50,101 nucleotides of DNA from an uncultured Coriobacteriales bacterium (lineage in GTDB: Bacteria; Actinomycetota; Coriobacteriia; Coriobacteriales; CAYVBA01): NCBI GenBank assembly GCA_964448475.1, contig CAYVBA010000004.1, positions 1 through 50,101 of the forward strand, given 5' to 3'. The notes under the pieces were generated by a model that had not been told where the DNA came from, searched no databases, and was given only the letters and a program-made list of their open reading frames with translations. Both the position numbers and the translations under genes were made by a program. Below, in pieces: positions 37,715 through 46,836 of the stretch (position 1 is its first letter; each line of letters begins with the position of its first letter).

Positions 37715-37957
37715 CTACGCGAGCTCGCCTTCCATCCACTCGATGATGGCGTCGGATTCGTAGAGCGCCTCTCCGTCGATCACGAGAGCCGGGACCTGCG
37801 TCTTGCCGCCGATACCTCGTAGCTCATCACGCACACCGTCCTCGCGGACGTCCTTCGTGGGCACGCCTTCTATCCCGCTCTCATCCATGTACTTCATGAC
37901 CTTCCTGCAGAACGGGCAGTTAGGGTTGATGTAGAGCATCAGATCCTTCTCGGACAT
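37715..37957 (-). CDS. Glutaredoxin-like protein (CPFC active site)
   Basis: LMLYINPNCPFCRKV...GGKTQVPALVIDGEALYESDAIIEWM. ATG at 37957 preceded by GAGGAGGGAG. Confidence 0.85.
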   Translation of the reverse strand: MSEKDLMLYINPNCPFCRKVMKYMDESGIEGVPTKDVREDGVRDELRGIGGKTQVPALVIDGEALYESDAIIEWMEGELA

Positions 37958-38047
37958 CGCGTTCTCCCTCCTCAATGCGAGCGGCGCCCCGAAGGCGCCG
38001 CTCTGGTGACCCTCTTCATGAGGGTCGTGACTGCGTTCCTGGTGGTT

Positions 38048-38320
38048 CTAGTTGCTCAGGTCGCGCTTGATCTCCTCGACCTTGCGATCGAGCTTCTCCT
38101 TGATATCGAGCTCGCCGTCCTGATCCTTGTCAGCCTTGCGATCGAGGTCGTCCTTCGCGTTATCAACGGCGCGACGGGTCTCGTACGCTGCATCATCCAG
38201 AGCATCCTTAGCGTTATCAGCGGCCTTGCGCGCCTCGTACTTCACATCATCAGCTGCGTCGGAGATCTTGTCTCCGAGGTCGCGTGCCTTATCGCCCAGG
38301 TTATCGAGTGCGTTCGACAT
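38048..38320 (-). CDS. Small hydrophilic repeat protein (LEA/YtxH/CsbD-like stress protein)
   Basis: Repeated D-[DN]-[AV]-K-D...A/R units (DDVKYEARKAADNAKDALDDAAYETRRAVDNAKDDLDRKADKD). ATG at 38320 preceded by GAGAGGAG. Confidence 0.55.
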   Translation of the reverse strand: MSNALDNLGDKARDLGDKISDAADDVKYEARKAADNAKDALDDAAYETRRAVDNAKDDLDRKADKDQDGELDIKEKLDRKVEEIKRDLSN

Positions 38321-38462
38321 GATGACTCCTCTCATGTTGAGTATCGATTCAGGTGGTGCGAACGGTCGCATCACTTGATAGGGATACATATCCAGTCCGG
38401 GAGTCGCTCAATCCGCCAACGTGGGATTGCGCGAAAAGGCAACAACGTCGAAGCGCCGGTTC

Positions 38463-39821
38463 TCAGCGCAGAAGCTCGCGAACGGCGGCGTCGATAGCTC
38501 GCGGCATGTTCTTGTAGACGGCACGAGGATCCAGCAGCCTCCGCGCCACGAGCGATGTCGTGTACGGCTTGGCCATGGCGATGATGTCCACATCCGGATC
38601 GAGCAGCCGAGCACACCCCTCGACCGTCACGAGTCCCTTCACGAGCAACCCGAATCCTTCCGGGATCGTGACGCCATGCCGTGCCATCACCCTCAGGAAG
38701 CCCAGCACATACCCACGGATATCCGTCCGTTCTCCCAGCGTGCGTCCCATGAGCTGAGAGATCTCCTTCGTCACCGCATCGACGCGCTCTTCCGGTATAG
38801 CAAGCCCGAGCTCCCGCGAATAACGGATAGCGCGACCCGGATCGGCGTAGACGGTGGCGAGAAGGACGTGAGCTACTGCATCCCGCTGAGCGGACGTGAG
38901 TGAGCCGGCTATCCCGAAGTCGATGTACGCTATGCGGCCGTCACGGGTGACCAGGAGATTCGACGGATGCAGGTCGGCGTGGAATCGCCCGAGCTCCAGC
39001 ACCTGCCTCATGAACACGATGGCTCCGTGAGCCGCGAGGGGTGTGGAGTCCACACCGGCAGCCGTCATCTCGTCGGTACGATCGAGCATCCACCCGTCCA
39101 TGTACTCCATGGTGAGGACGGAGCATGAGGAGAGCGGCCAGATGATACGAGGCGACGTCACCAGCGGGTCATCTCCGAAATCGTAGCGAAACCTGTCGGA
39201 TGCACGTCCCTCTATCCTCAAGTCGAATTCGCGCTCGAGTGACTCGGAGATCTCACCCAGGATGGCGCTCAGTCCGAGTCGCCCGAAGGCGCCGCGCGCG
39301 AGCGACCGCTCCATCAGTGGCATCAGTGCCGCCATGTCCTCGTACATGAGCTGCTGGGCACCTGGGCGCACCACCTTGACGGCGAGCTCGGTACCGGCAG
39401 GAAGGACCGTCCCGTCCACACACCGATGCTCGTGCGCGGACTTCGCCTTATACACCTGCGCGATGGATGCCGTAGCGAGCGGCGTCGTCTCGAATGACGA
39501 GAAATTCCGCTCCACCGGCCCGATGGCATCCTCGATCACCGGACGGATCTCATCGAACGGAAGCGGAGTCACATCATCTCGCAGTGCGGAGAGCTCCTCG
39601 ATCATCTCGGGGGACGCGATGTCAGGCCTGACCGAGAGGATCTGCCCGATCTTCACGAACGTGGACCCGAGTGATTCCAACGCACGTGACAACTCGCGCG
39701 CTTGCGCAGCCCGCTTCGCATCGGAAGACGCGAAGCCGAACCGCGTTCCGACTACGGTGCGCCAACCAGCACCCATCAAGGTGGCTGCGATGTGCCTGCG
39801 TCGCGAGTTGGACATGATCAC
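38463..39821 (-). CDS. ABC1/UbiB-family atypical protein kinase (AarF domain)
   Basis: FVKIGQILSVRPDI, ASIAQVYKA, MEYMDG, FHADLHPSNLLV. Start overlaps the upstream stop (GTGA). Confidence 0.85.
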   Translation of the reverse strand: MIMSNSRRRHIAATLMGAGWRTVVGTRFGFASSDAKRAAQARELSRALESLGSTFVKIGQILSVRPDIASPEMIEELSALRDDVTPLPFDEIRPVIEDAIGPVERNFSSFETTPLATASIAQVYKAKSAHEHRCVDGTVLPAGTELAVKVVRPGAQQLMYEDMAALMPLMERSLARGAFGRLGLSAILGEISESLEREFDLRIEGRASDRFRYDFGDDPLVTSPRIIWPLSSCSVLTMEYMDGWMLDRTDEMTAAGVDSTPLAAHGAIVFMRQVLELGRFHADLHPSNLLVTRDGRIAYIDFGIAGSLTSAQRDAVAHVLLATVYADPGRAIRYSRELGLAIPEERVDAVTKEISQLMGRTLGERTDIRGYVLGFLRVMARHGVTIPEGFGLLVKGLVTVEGCARLLDPDVDIIAMAKPYTTSLVARRLLDPRAVYKNMPRAIDAAVRELLR

Positions 39822-40219
39822 GACCGGTGCGTCACAGGAGGATGCGCTCTCTCGTAGCTTCTCTGGAGTGCATCGACCTGCGTGGTCAACGTCTCGATGG
39901 CTCCTCTGAGCTCGGCGACCTCGAAACGCAGGTCCGCGATCGCGTCCTTCGCGCCGTCGTCCGCACCTGAGAGGACCGAGCTGCTTCCTTCCGACGGCGC
40001 GTCCTTCTCGCCATCCATGGTGGTCAGCAGCTCTCGTTTGAGCTCCTCCTTGCGCGAATCGACCAACGCGGAGAGACCGTCCACGAACGAGCCGGGATCT
40101 TTCTGGGCGTCACCAGGTGAGTGCTCGACTCCGCGGGCTATGGCTGACTTGAGCCCCTCATCTGCGGATTCATGTATCAGCTCCCAGATAGCTAGCATAT
40201 TCAGGACATCGGCTTGCAT
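39818..40219 (-). CDS. Hypothetical helical/coiled-coil protein coupled to the UbiB-like kinase
   Basis: Strong SD GGGAGGA, C-terminal heptad-like segment (IADLRFEVAELRGAIETLTTQVDALQRS). No family recognised. Confidence 0.45.
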   Translation of the reverse strand: MQADVLNMLAIWELIHESADEGLKSAIARGVEHSPGDAQKDPGSFVDGLSALVDSRKEELKRELLTTMDGEKDAPSEGSSSVLSGADDGAKDAIADLRFEVAELRGAIETLTTQVDALQRSYERAHPPVTHRS

Positions 40220-40340
40220 AAAAAAATCCTCCCTTCTGCTGAATGCCTATCATCGTACCAGGGTAGGAGAGTGTTCGACCCGATAGAGCGCATGGAGGGT
40301 CGTACTTTATATATGCAAGCAACATGGAAGGGGAGAAACC

Positions 40341-40589
40341 ATGGGTATTCTGAGCTGGATCATCGTAGGCCTCATCGCAGGCGTGCTCGCCAAGTTCATC
40401 ATGGGTGAGTCTATGGGTATCGTGCTGACCATCGTTCTGGGTATCGTTGGAGGACTGCTCGGTGGATTCCTGGCTAACGTCACCGGAATCGGTGGAGACT
40501 TGTCAGGCATCAACCTCACCTCGGTGATCATCGCAACGATTGGTGCTGTCATCGTGATCGCCATCGGTAGGGTGCTCTCACGCTCGTAG
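40341..40589 (+). CDS. GlsB/YeaQ/YmgE-family stress-response membrane protein
   Basis: MGILSWIIVGLIAGVLAKFIMG....IVLGIVGGLLGGFL. 82 aa with three Gly-rich TM helices. Confidence 0.85.
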   Translation: MGILSWIIVGLIAGVLAKFIMGESMGIVLTIVLGIVGGLLGGFLANVTGIGGDLSGINLTSVIIATIGAVIVIAIGRVLSRS

Positions 40590-40837
40590 CGTTACACCCA
40601 CTCATCAGCACCAAGAGTTCTGGATGGGAGCTCGCTTCACCGGAGACGGTGGGCGAGCTTCTTGCATTCCGCCGGAATTCTTACGTTTACCTTATTTAAC
40701 GATGTCATCTCCCACACCCGTATCCCACCAGGAGATGATGAACGGGTATCAGTTCCGTCATAGGGATGACGCGCGAGCGCCATCCGACATCCTATCCGGC
40801 CTCCTGAGGTCGGTTTCGACGATTAAGGAGCCACATC

Positions 40838-41281
40838 ATGGCGGAAGAACTCGATCTGAACCCGGAGACCCCGGAAGAGGAATACGAATCACCCCTGCTC
40901 GAGTCCACGCTCGCTGCGGTCGACGAGGCGTTCGATGAGGCGGAGCAGAAGCTCACCCAAGGCGGCACGCTCGACCCGTTCACCGTCCTCGTGACCGACG
41001 AGGGCTACGAGCTGGACGATCACCCCGGTGAGACACCCGAGGAATGCTTCGCCTCCGCAGGCAAGCTCGTGAAGGAGAGCGGCGCTTCTGCGTACGCCTT
41101 CTGCTACGACGGCTACGTGGAGCTCGATGATGGCACGGAGCGCAACGCCCTCATCTGCGAGGCAGCAGATGCGGGAGATGCACAGGTATTCGCCGCGTTC
41201 TATGACGTGGATGAGGAAGGGAACGTTTCCGTCGAGGATGGTCTCTACGACCTCGGCCCCAAGGATTCGCTTCTCGCTTAG
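40838..41281 (+). CDS. Hypothetical acidic cytoplasmic protein
   Basis: Good SD (AAGGAG), coding-like composition, no recognisable motifs. Confidence 0.4.
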   Translation: MAEELDLNPETPEEEYESPLLESTLAAVDEAFDEAEQKLTQGGTLDPFTVLVTDEGYELDDHPGETPEECFASAGKLVKESGASAYAFCYDGYVELDDGTERNALICEAADAGDAQVFAAFYDVDEEGNVSVEDGLYDLGPKDSLLA

Positions 41282-41296
41282 ACCGGAAGGAAGCAG

Positions 41297-42580
41297 ATGG
41301 CGCAGAACATCAAGTACTTCAGTAACTCATGGCGTCTCCTGACGGCCGAGAACGGCTGGATCAAGTCGATCCTGCTTCTGGCGCTCGGTCAGTTCGTGCC
41401 CGTCGCCGGACCCATGGCCATGTACGGCTACGGTCTCGAATGGGCACGTGAGTCGGCATGGGGCATCCAGCGTCCGTTCCGTACGAAGGATAAGGACTTC
41501 AGCAAGATCATGCGGACGGGAGCGTTCGCGTGGGTCTTCCTCATCGTGTTCGGAATCGTCATGGGGACGTTGGCCAGCGCCCTCTACTTCGTCCTCTACT
41601 GGATCCCGTTCATCGGCTGGGTCCTCACCATGGTCGTCACGGTCGCGATGATCGCCGTGTCCGTTTTCGGTATGGCCAGTACGCTCCGCGGAGCGATCTA
41701 CGACGGCCTCGCGCCTTCGTTCCAGGTCCACCGCACGTACGATGTGGTCTCCCGCGACTGGGGTGGCTTCCTGAAGATCGCCGCCATCTACGTCATCGGT
41801 GGGATCATCGCGTCGGTCGTAGCCACTATCGTGATCCTGCCGGCGTTCATCGTGATCCTCGTCCCGATCTTCGCAAGCATGGATTCGAGTGCTTCCAACT
41901 CCGCAGCCTTGGCCACCTCCATCGTGGGGTCGGTCGGCCTGATCATCCTCCTGACTCTCCTGGCCATCTTCATCTCGAACATCGTCCTTGTAGCTACCAC
42001 GCTCATCACCTATCACGCGCTCGGAACGTGGATCGAGCAGTACAAGCCCGCCGTGTGGGGCCCCTACGATCAGCCCATCCCCACCATCACGTACGCGACG
42101 CCCACCTACCAGACAGCGCCACCGGCTTATGCACCTCCGACACAGGCTACAGCGCCCGCGCAGGCGGCTCCGCCCGCACAGCCGGCCCCAGCAGCCGCAC
42201 CCGCTGAGCCCGTCCCACCGGTAGACGCACAACCGCAGCAGCACGTGGAGCCAGCGCCCGCTTTCGTGGCTGAAGAACCCGCGGTCATCGCGGATCCCAT
42301 CGAGCCCGCGGCACCCGCTGCTCCTGAACAGCCCGCCCAGGAAGAACCCGCATCAGAGGAGGTCATCATGGACGAGCCCATCAGAGACGACGAAGTAGTA
42401 TCCGATCTGGACAAGATCGACCCCGAAGGATTCGAGCCCGAGGATCCCGCCCCCGGCCCCCTGACCGCCCCGCTCGATGAGGATGCAGTCATGCAGCCTG
42501 ACGTCGAAGAGGGCGAGAAGGACGCGCCGGAAGACGGTGAGCCGGCTGATCCGGCACCGGGTCCTGAGACGCGGAACTGA
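41297..42580 (+). CDS. Multi-pass membrane protein (DUF4013-like N-terminus) with long Pro/Ala/acidic C-terminal tail
   Basis: FSNSWRLLTAENGWIKSILLLALGQFVPVAG...YGYGLEWA start, about 5 TM helices, then a roughly 160-aa PA-rich/acidic low-complexity tail. Confidence 0.5.
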   Translation: MAQNIKYFSNSWRLLTAENGWIKSILLLALGQFVPVAGPMAMYGYGLEWARESAWGIQRPFRTKDKDFSKIMRTGAFAWVFLIVFGIVMGTLASALYFVLYWIPFIGWVLTMVVTVAMIAVSVFGMASTLRGAIYDGLAPSFQVHRTYDVVSRDWGGFLKIAAIYVIGGIIASVVATIVILPAFIVILVPIFASMDSSASNSAALATSIVGSVGLIILLTLLAIFISNIVLVATTLITYHALGTWIEQYKPAVWGPYDQPIPTITYATPTYQTAPPAYAPPTQATAPAQAAPPAQPAPAAAPAEPVPPVDAQPQQHVEPAPAFVAEEPAVIADPIEPAAPAAPEQPAQEEPASEEVIMDEPIRDDEVVSDLDKIDPEGFEPEDPAPGPLTAPLDEDAVMQPDVEEGEKDAPEDGEPADPAPGPETRN

Positions 42581-42619
42581 GAGCGGTTCCGCGATCCAGA
42601 AAACATGAAGCATCGCATC

Positions 42620-42654
42620 GAGAAGATGGCCCTTCGGGGTCATCTTCTCTTTCC
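42620..42654 (+). terminator. Rho-independent terminator
   Basis: GAGAAGATG-gcccttcggggt-CATCTTCTC followed by TTTCC. Nested in an outer AGCATCGC/GCGATGCT pairing (42609-42670). Confidence 0.7.
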
Positions 42655-42767
42655 AGGATGAAGCGATGCTCCATAAGATTCCGTCATGAACATGATTCAA
42701 TGGTTATGGGAATACCTGGAAGACGAAGCATAAGGAACCGAACGAGGAGTCACGGAGAGGAGGGAAG

Positions 42768-44546
42768 ATGGCCGGCAACGAGGCGGAACACAACAAGCAT
42801 GAGAAGGATTTCTTAGGCAAGCGCATAGCCGATACGGGGTGGAACTCCATACTGTTGCTCAACAGAGGCTGCGGGAAGTTCCGCTGGGCGACCGGTCAAG
42901 CGGACCTGAGCTTGGGCCTGTTGCTCTCGGCTATGATGGCCTCCTTCGCCGTACTGGGACTCCCTTCTCAGGAGACGGCTCTGTTCCATATCCCTCTCGG
43001 GATCATCATCATCTTCCTCACGCTCTTCCTCATACCTACCTTCCTCCGGTTGCGGCTCTTCGCACCGCTCGGTGTGGTGCTCGCTGCCGACACCCCGGAT
43101 GCTCCGTATCCGCCGCTCGTCATCGTGATGGTGGCGCTGACGGTGATCTCGGGTGTGGCTGAATACGATGCCGGGGCAGGCTCGATCAGCGCAGTCGTCA
43201 TCATCGTGGCGCTCGGTCTCGCACTGACCTACGGATACACGAGGTCGGGTCGGAGAGAGCTCGTCCTTCTCGCCGTGCTTTCAGCCGCTCTGGGCATGTT
43301 CAGCACCTGGGCCATGGTGGAGGGTTCGCAGCGGATCACCTTCGCGCTCTCGATCATGGGGTTCGCGTTGCTCTTCACCGGTGCGCGGCAGTTGTACCGC
43401 AGCTTCATGAAGGCCATGAGGGGCGGTATCACGCCGGAGCGGATCGCGGAGTTCGTCTCGTCGGAGGATGCGAGCTCGCGGCTCGTGGCTGCATCGTTCA
43501 TGACCAACTACCTGGAGCCTAAGTTCCTGCCGTCGATCATCGCGATCGCGGAGGATGAGGAGCCGCACGTGAGGCAGACCGGACGACTCGCGCTGGCGCG
43601 CATCTGGGGGCCTAGTGAAGCCGACGAGATGGAATGGTTCCGCAAGAACATAGAGAAGCTCGAAGCCAAGGGTGAGTCCACGGCCGAGACGCGCGAGATG
43701 ATCGTCCGCGCACAACGAGCGGCCGCGCAGGATCTGAGGACGCATCGCGAGGATGTCGTGGTGCAGATGCGCGGACTGGCCGAGGACCAGGAGACGATCG
43801 ATGCCCTCAGGCGTTCGGTCGCCAGCATAGATGCGACGCCGGTGACCGACCACGGGATCGAGCCGCAGCGTGCATACGGATTCGCTCACTCGGCGGCACG
43901 CCTGCTCGTGGCTGCCGGCGGGGACAAAGCGTACGCAGCGCTCCTTCACCAGGTGGATTCCGGTGGGAGGCGCTCCGCGAAGCTGGCGCTCGAGCAGATG
44001 GCCGAGGCGGACGGCATCGCAGCCGTCGCGCACCTCGCACCGTATCTGAATGACGAGAGGACCTGGGTCGCCACGCGCGCGGTGGACTCCATGGCCGAAG
44101 TCATGTCCAAGGGGATCCAGCGCGCGAGCTCGGATATGCCCGTAGCAGCTGGTCTGGTCGAGAAGAGCTTGGAGAACATCTTCGCATCCGGCCGGAACGC
44201 ACTGCGTGGTGTGGCGGTATGGCTCACCAGTATCTATCCGCTCGAGGAAGGCATCCGGCACTTGAGTGCTCTCACGGGAGACCGGAGTTGGTTCGTGCGC
44301 GGTGAATCGGTCTGCGCGCTGAGCGGTCTCGATGCGGAATCCGCACTGCCGTATGCGATCCGAGCGCTGTCGGATGACCATGCGTACGTGCGTCTATCGG
44401 GCTTGAGGTCACTCGCCATCATAAAACCGACAGGACTCGCTCCTATCCTGCAGAGGCTATCGGGAGACACCAGCGCTGCCGTCGCGCTCACCGCAGCACA
44501 GCTGTTCACCACTCAGACCAGTGGTGAGCTGGGGGAACAGAGCTGA
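42768..44546 (+). CDS. Membrane protein with cytoplasmic HEAT-repeat domain
   Basis: About 6 N-terminal TM helices, then repeated HEAT-like units (EPHVRQTGRLALARI, DERTWVATRAVDSMAEV, DRSWFVRGESVCALSGL, DDHAYVRLSGLRSLAII). Confidence 0.6.
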   Translation: MAGNEAEHNKHEKDFLGKRIADTGWNSILLLNRGCGKFRWATGQADLSLGLLLSAMMASFAVLGLPSQETALFHIPLGIIIIFLTLFLIPTFLRLRLFAPLGVVLAADTPDAPYPPLVIVMVALTVISGVAEYDAGAGSISAVVIIVALGLALTYGYTRSGRRELVLLAVLSAALGMFSTWAMVEGSQRITFALSIMGFALLFTGARQLYRSFMKAMRGGITPERIAEFVSSEDASSRLVAASFMTNYLEPKFLPSIIAIAEDEEPHVRQTGRLALARIWGPSEADEMEWFRKNIEKLEAKGESTAETREMIVRAQRAAAQDLRTHREDVVVQMRGLAEDQETIDALRRSVASIDATPVTDHGIEPQRAYGFAHSAARLLVAAGGDKAYAALLHQVDSGGRRSAKLALEQMAEADGIAAVAHLAPYLNDERTWVATRAVDSMAEVMSKGIQRASSDMPVAAGLVEKSLENIFASGRNALRGVAVWLTSIYPLEEGIRHLSALTGDRSWFVRGESVCALSGLDAESALPYAIRALSDDHAYVRLSGLRSLAIIKPTGLAPILQRLSGDTSAAVALTAAQLFTTQTSGELGEQS

Positions 44547-44796
44547 TCGCGTCCATCTCGCCCGGCAAGGGAATGGAGCGGGAGCCATAAGGAATCCGTA
44601 AGGATAAAGGCGGCGATCCGTGCATCTCGAGAAGCGATAGTGCAAGAACAGCCTTCGTATACTGGAGTTCCTGTGGCGCTGGATCGACCCGAGCTTGTGT
44701 CGGGGTCGTCGCGGGTGGTATAGTTCTCGGGTTATCCCCTGCTCCGGGGTGCCGCCTTCATGGGCCCGGAGCCATCAGCCCAGAGGAGGTGACAGC

Positions 44797-45090
44797 ATGA
44801 AGGCATATGAACTCCTGTTCTTCGTCGACCCTACTATCGATGAAGAGACTCGCGTAGCCACTATGAAGCGTATCGACGTGACCATCACCGACAACGGTGG
44901 TGTGGTCGACAACGTGGATGAATGGGGCAAGCGCAAGCTCGCATTCGAGGTCGACAAACTTACCGAGGGTGATTACACCCTTATCGACTTCCACACCGAA
45001 CCAGCGATGATCGCCGAGCTCGACCGCGTCCTGCGCATCATGGACGCAGTGAAGCGATTCATGATCGTGCGCCGTGACGACCGGGAGTAA
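44797..45090 (+). CDS. rpsF: 30S ribosomal protein S6
   Basis: MKAYELLFFVDP...WGKRKLAFEV. SD GAGGAGG. The upstream part of the track ORF is leader, not coding. Confidence 0.93.
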   Translation: MKAYELLFFVDPTIDEETRVATMKRIDVTITDNGGVVDNVDEWGKRKLAFEVDKLTEGDYTLIDFHTEPAMIAELDRVLRIMDAVKRFMIVRRDDRE

Positions 45091-45123
45091 TTCGACGTCA
45101 GTTAGCTGAGGAGTGGATCGTAT

Positions 45124-45564
45124 ATGAGCATCAACAGGGTTGTGATCAGCGGTAACCTCACCAGGGATCCGGAGCTTCGAGCCACCCAAGCAGGCACTTC
45201 GGTGTTGAGCTTCGGTGTCGCGGTGAACGATCGCCGTAGGAACGCACAGACCGGAGAGTGGGAGAACTTCCCCAACTTCGTGGATTGCACCATGTTCGGC
45301 TCACGCGCCGAGGCCATCTCGCCGTACCTCAACAAGGGTGCCAAGGTAGCTATAGAGGGCAAGCTCCGCTACAGCTCCTGGGAACGCGATGGTCAGAAGC
45401 GAAGCAAACTCGAGGTCATCGTCGATGAGATCGAGTTCATGTCAGCACGAGACGGTCAAGGCGGTGGAGGCCAGCGTTCCGGCGGTTATGACAACCAGCG
45501 GAGCAACACCCCCGCACCACCTCAGACCGATAGCAGTATCTACGATGATGAGATCCCGTTCTGA
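45124..45564 (+). CDS. ssb: Single-stranded DNA-binding protein
   Basis: OB-fold MSINRVVISGNLTRDPELR, Gly-rich linker, acidic tip DDEIPF. Confidence 0.95.
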   Translation: MSINRVVISGNLTRDPELRATQAGTSVLSFGVAVNDRRRNAQTGEWENFPNFVDCTMFGSRAEAISPYLNKGAKVAIEGKLRYSSWERDGQKRSKLEVIVDEIEFMSARDGQGGGGQRSGGYDNQRSNTPAPPQTDSSIYDDEIPF

Positions 45565-45589
45565 TACCTGAACGTGGAAGGAGGTAAGT

Positions 45590-45850
45590 ATGGCTGCAGA
45601 GTATGCACGACAGCCACGACGTAAGTTCTGCCAGTTCTGCAAGGACGACGTCGAGCACGTCGATTACAAGGACACGCAGATGCTCCGCAAGTACATGACC
45701 GACCGCGGCAAGATCAAGCCCCGTCGCGTCACCGGCGCTTGCACCCAGCACCAGCGTGATATCGCGATGGCCATCAAGCGCGCCCGCGAGATGGCACTCA
45801 TGCCCTATGTCGTACCCGTCATCAACGGCGGCGGACGTCGCGGTCGTTAA
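45590..45850 (+). CDS. rpsR: 30S ribosomal protein S18
   Basis: RRKFCQFC...VDYKD...[22 protein letters not shown]. Confidence 0.95.
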   Translation: MAAEYARQPRRKFCQFCKDDVEHVDYKDTQMLRKYMTDRGKIKPRRVTGACTQHQRDIAMAIKRAREMALMPYVVPVINGGGRRGR

Positions 45851-45871
45851 GGATAGAGGTCGACAGGACCC

Positions 45872-46816
45872 ATGCCCGACAGGACAACAGGAACAGGTCT
45901 ACCGATCGGTGGGTTGATCCTCACCGTGGTCGGCGCTGCCCTGACGGCGTTCCTGCCCATGGTGGGTGCACTGCTCCTCGGAGCAGGAGCTACGCTCATC
46001 GTGGCGAGAAGGTCGTGGATCCCTGCGATCGCAGCGCTCGTGCTGGTCATAGCCCCTCTCGCAGCGGTGGAGATCTCCCTCGGTGCGCGGGTGGCGGTGA
46101 CGGCGGGAGCCGTGTTCGCTCTGGTCGTCCTCGTCGAGAGAGGACTCACCTGGAGTTCGGTCATCGCCCTCGTGGTACTGACCGGAGCTCTACTCTTCGG
46201 AGTCGATGCACTGACAGCACAGCTCGCCGGGACGAACCTGCCTGCGCTCATGACCGCCTCGTTCGAGGATTCCCTCGCGCGGGTGCAGGATCTGCCGAAC
46301 GCAGCGGAGGCGACTCCCATCATCCGTGGTCTGATGGATTGGTTCATCAGGCTACTGCCCTCGTTCTACGTGTTCGAGGGGCTGGCGATCGTGATAGCAG
46401 GCATCGCAGGCTCGCTGTTCGTAGCTCGTGAGCGTGCACTCGCGTACATGAGAGGGTTCCTCAGGCTGGACGCACCCATGGTGTTCGTCCTCGCTCTGGT
46501 GATAGGCATCCTGCTCATCGCGTTCTCGTTCCTGGATACGGCAGCGTCGGACCTTCTCGCCACCATAGGCGGCAACCTCGTGGTGATGCTCAGGTTCGTG
46601 TTCGCCGCACAAGGCTTCGCCGTCATCATGGCCATGCTGGTGCGGTCGCGCATGCCGATGATCGTCAGGGTCCTGGCACTGTTCATAGCGGTCCAGGTGG
46701 AGATCTTCACGATGGGCGTGTCCCTCGTGGGTCTCGTGGACATCTGGGTCAACATCCGCAAGCTTCCGCGATCCGATGCAGGAACGCCGGAAGCGTCCGA
46801 TAGTGATAGAGCATGA
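45872..46816 (+). CDS. Polytopic membrane protein, possibly DUF2232/YybS-like
   Basis: About 8 TM helices. The position between rpsR and rplI mirrors yybS of Firmicutes. Family assignment is from memory of synteny, not a search. Confidence 0.45.
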   Translation: MPDRTTGTGLPIGGLILTVVGAALTAFLPMVGALLLGAGATLIVARRSWIPAIAALVLVIAPLAAVEISLGARVAVTAGAVFALVVLVERGLTWSSVIALVVLTGALLFGVDALTAQLAGTNLPALMTASFEDSLARVQDLPNAAEATPIIRGLMDWFIRLLPSFYVFEGLAIVIAGIAGSLFVARERALAYMRGFLRLDAPMVFVLALVIGILLIAFSFLDTAASDLLATIGGNLVVMLRFVFAAQGFAVIMAMLVRSRMPMIVRVLALFIAVQVEIFTMGVSLVGLVDIWVNIRKLPRSDAGTPEASDSDRA

Positions 46817-46836
46817 AAGTCAGATAGGAGTAAGAC

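Noticed and set aside
41327-44381. Long minus-strand ORFs (305 aa at 41327-42244; 366 aa at 43281-44381)
   Set aside because: Antisense to the two membrane-protein genes. Arg/Gly/Asp-rich junk composition. The plus-strand frames have SDs and TM-helix periodicity.
44695-44796. N-terminal 34-aa extension of the rpsF track ORF
   Set aside because: The canonical S6 N-terminus, MKAYELLF, begins at 44797 behind a strong GAGGAGG SD. The upstream part is treated as leader RNA.
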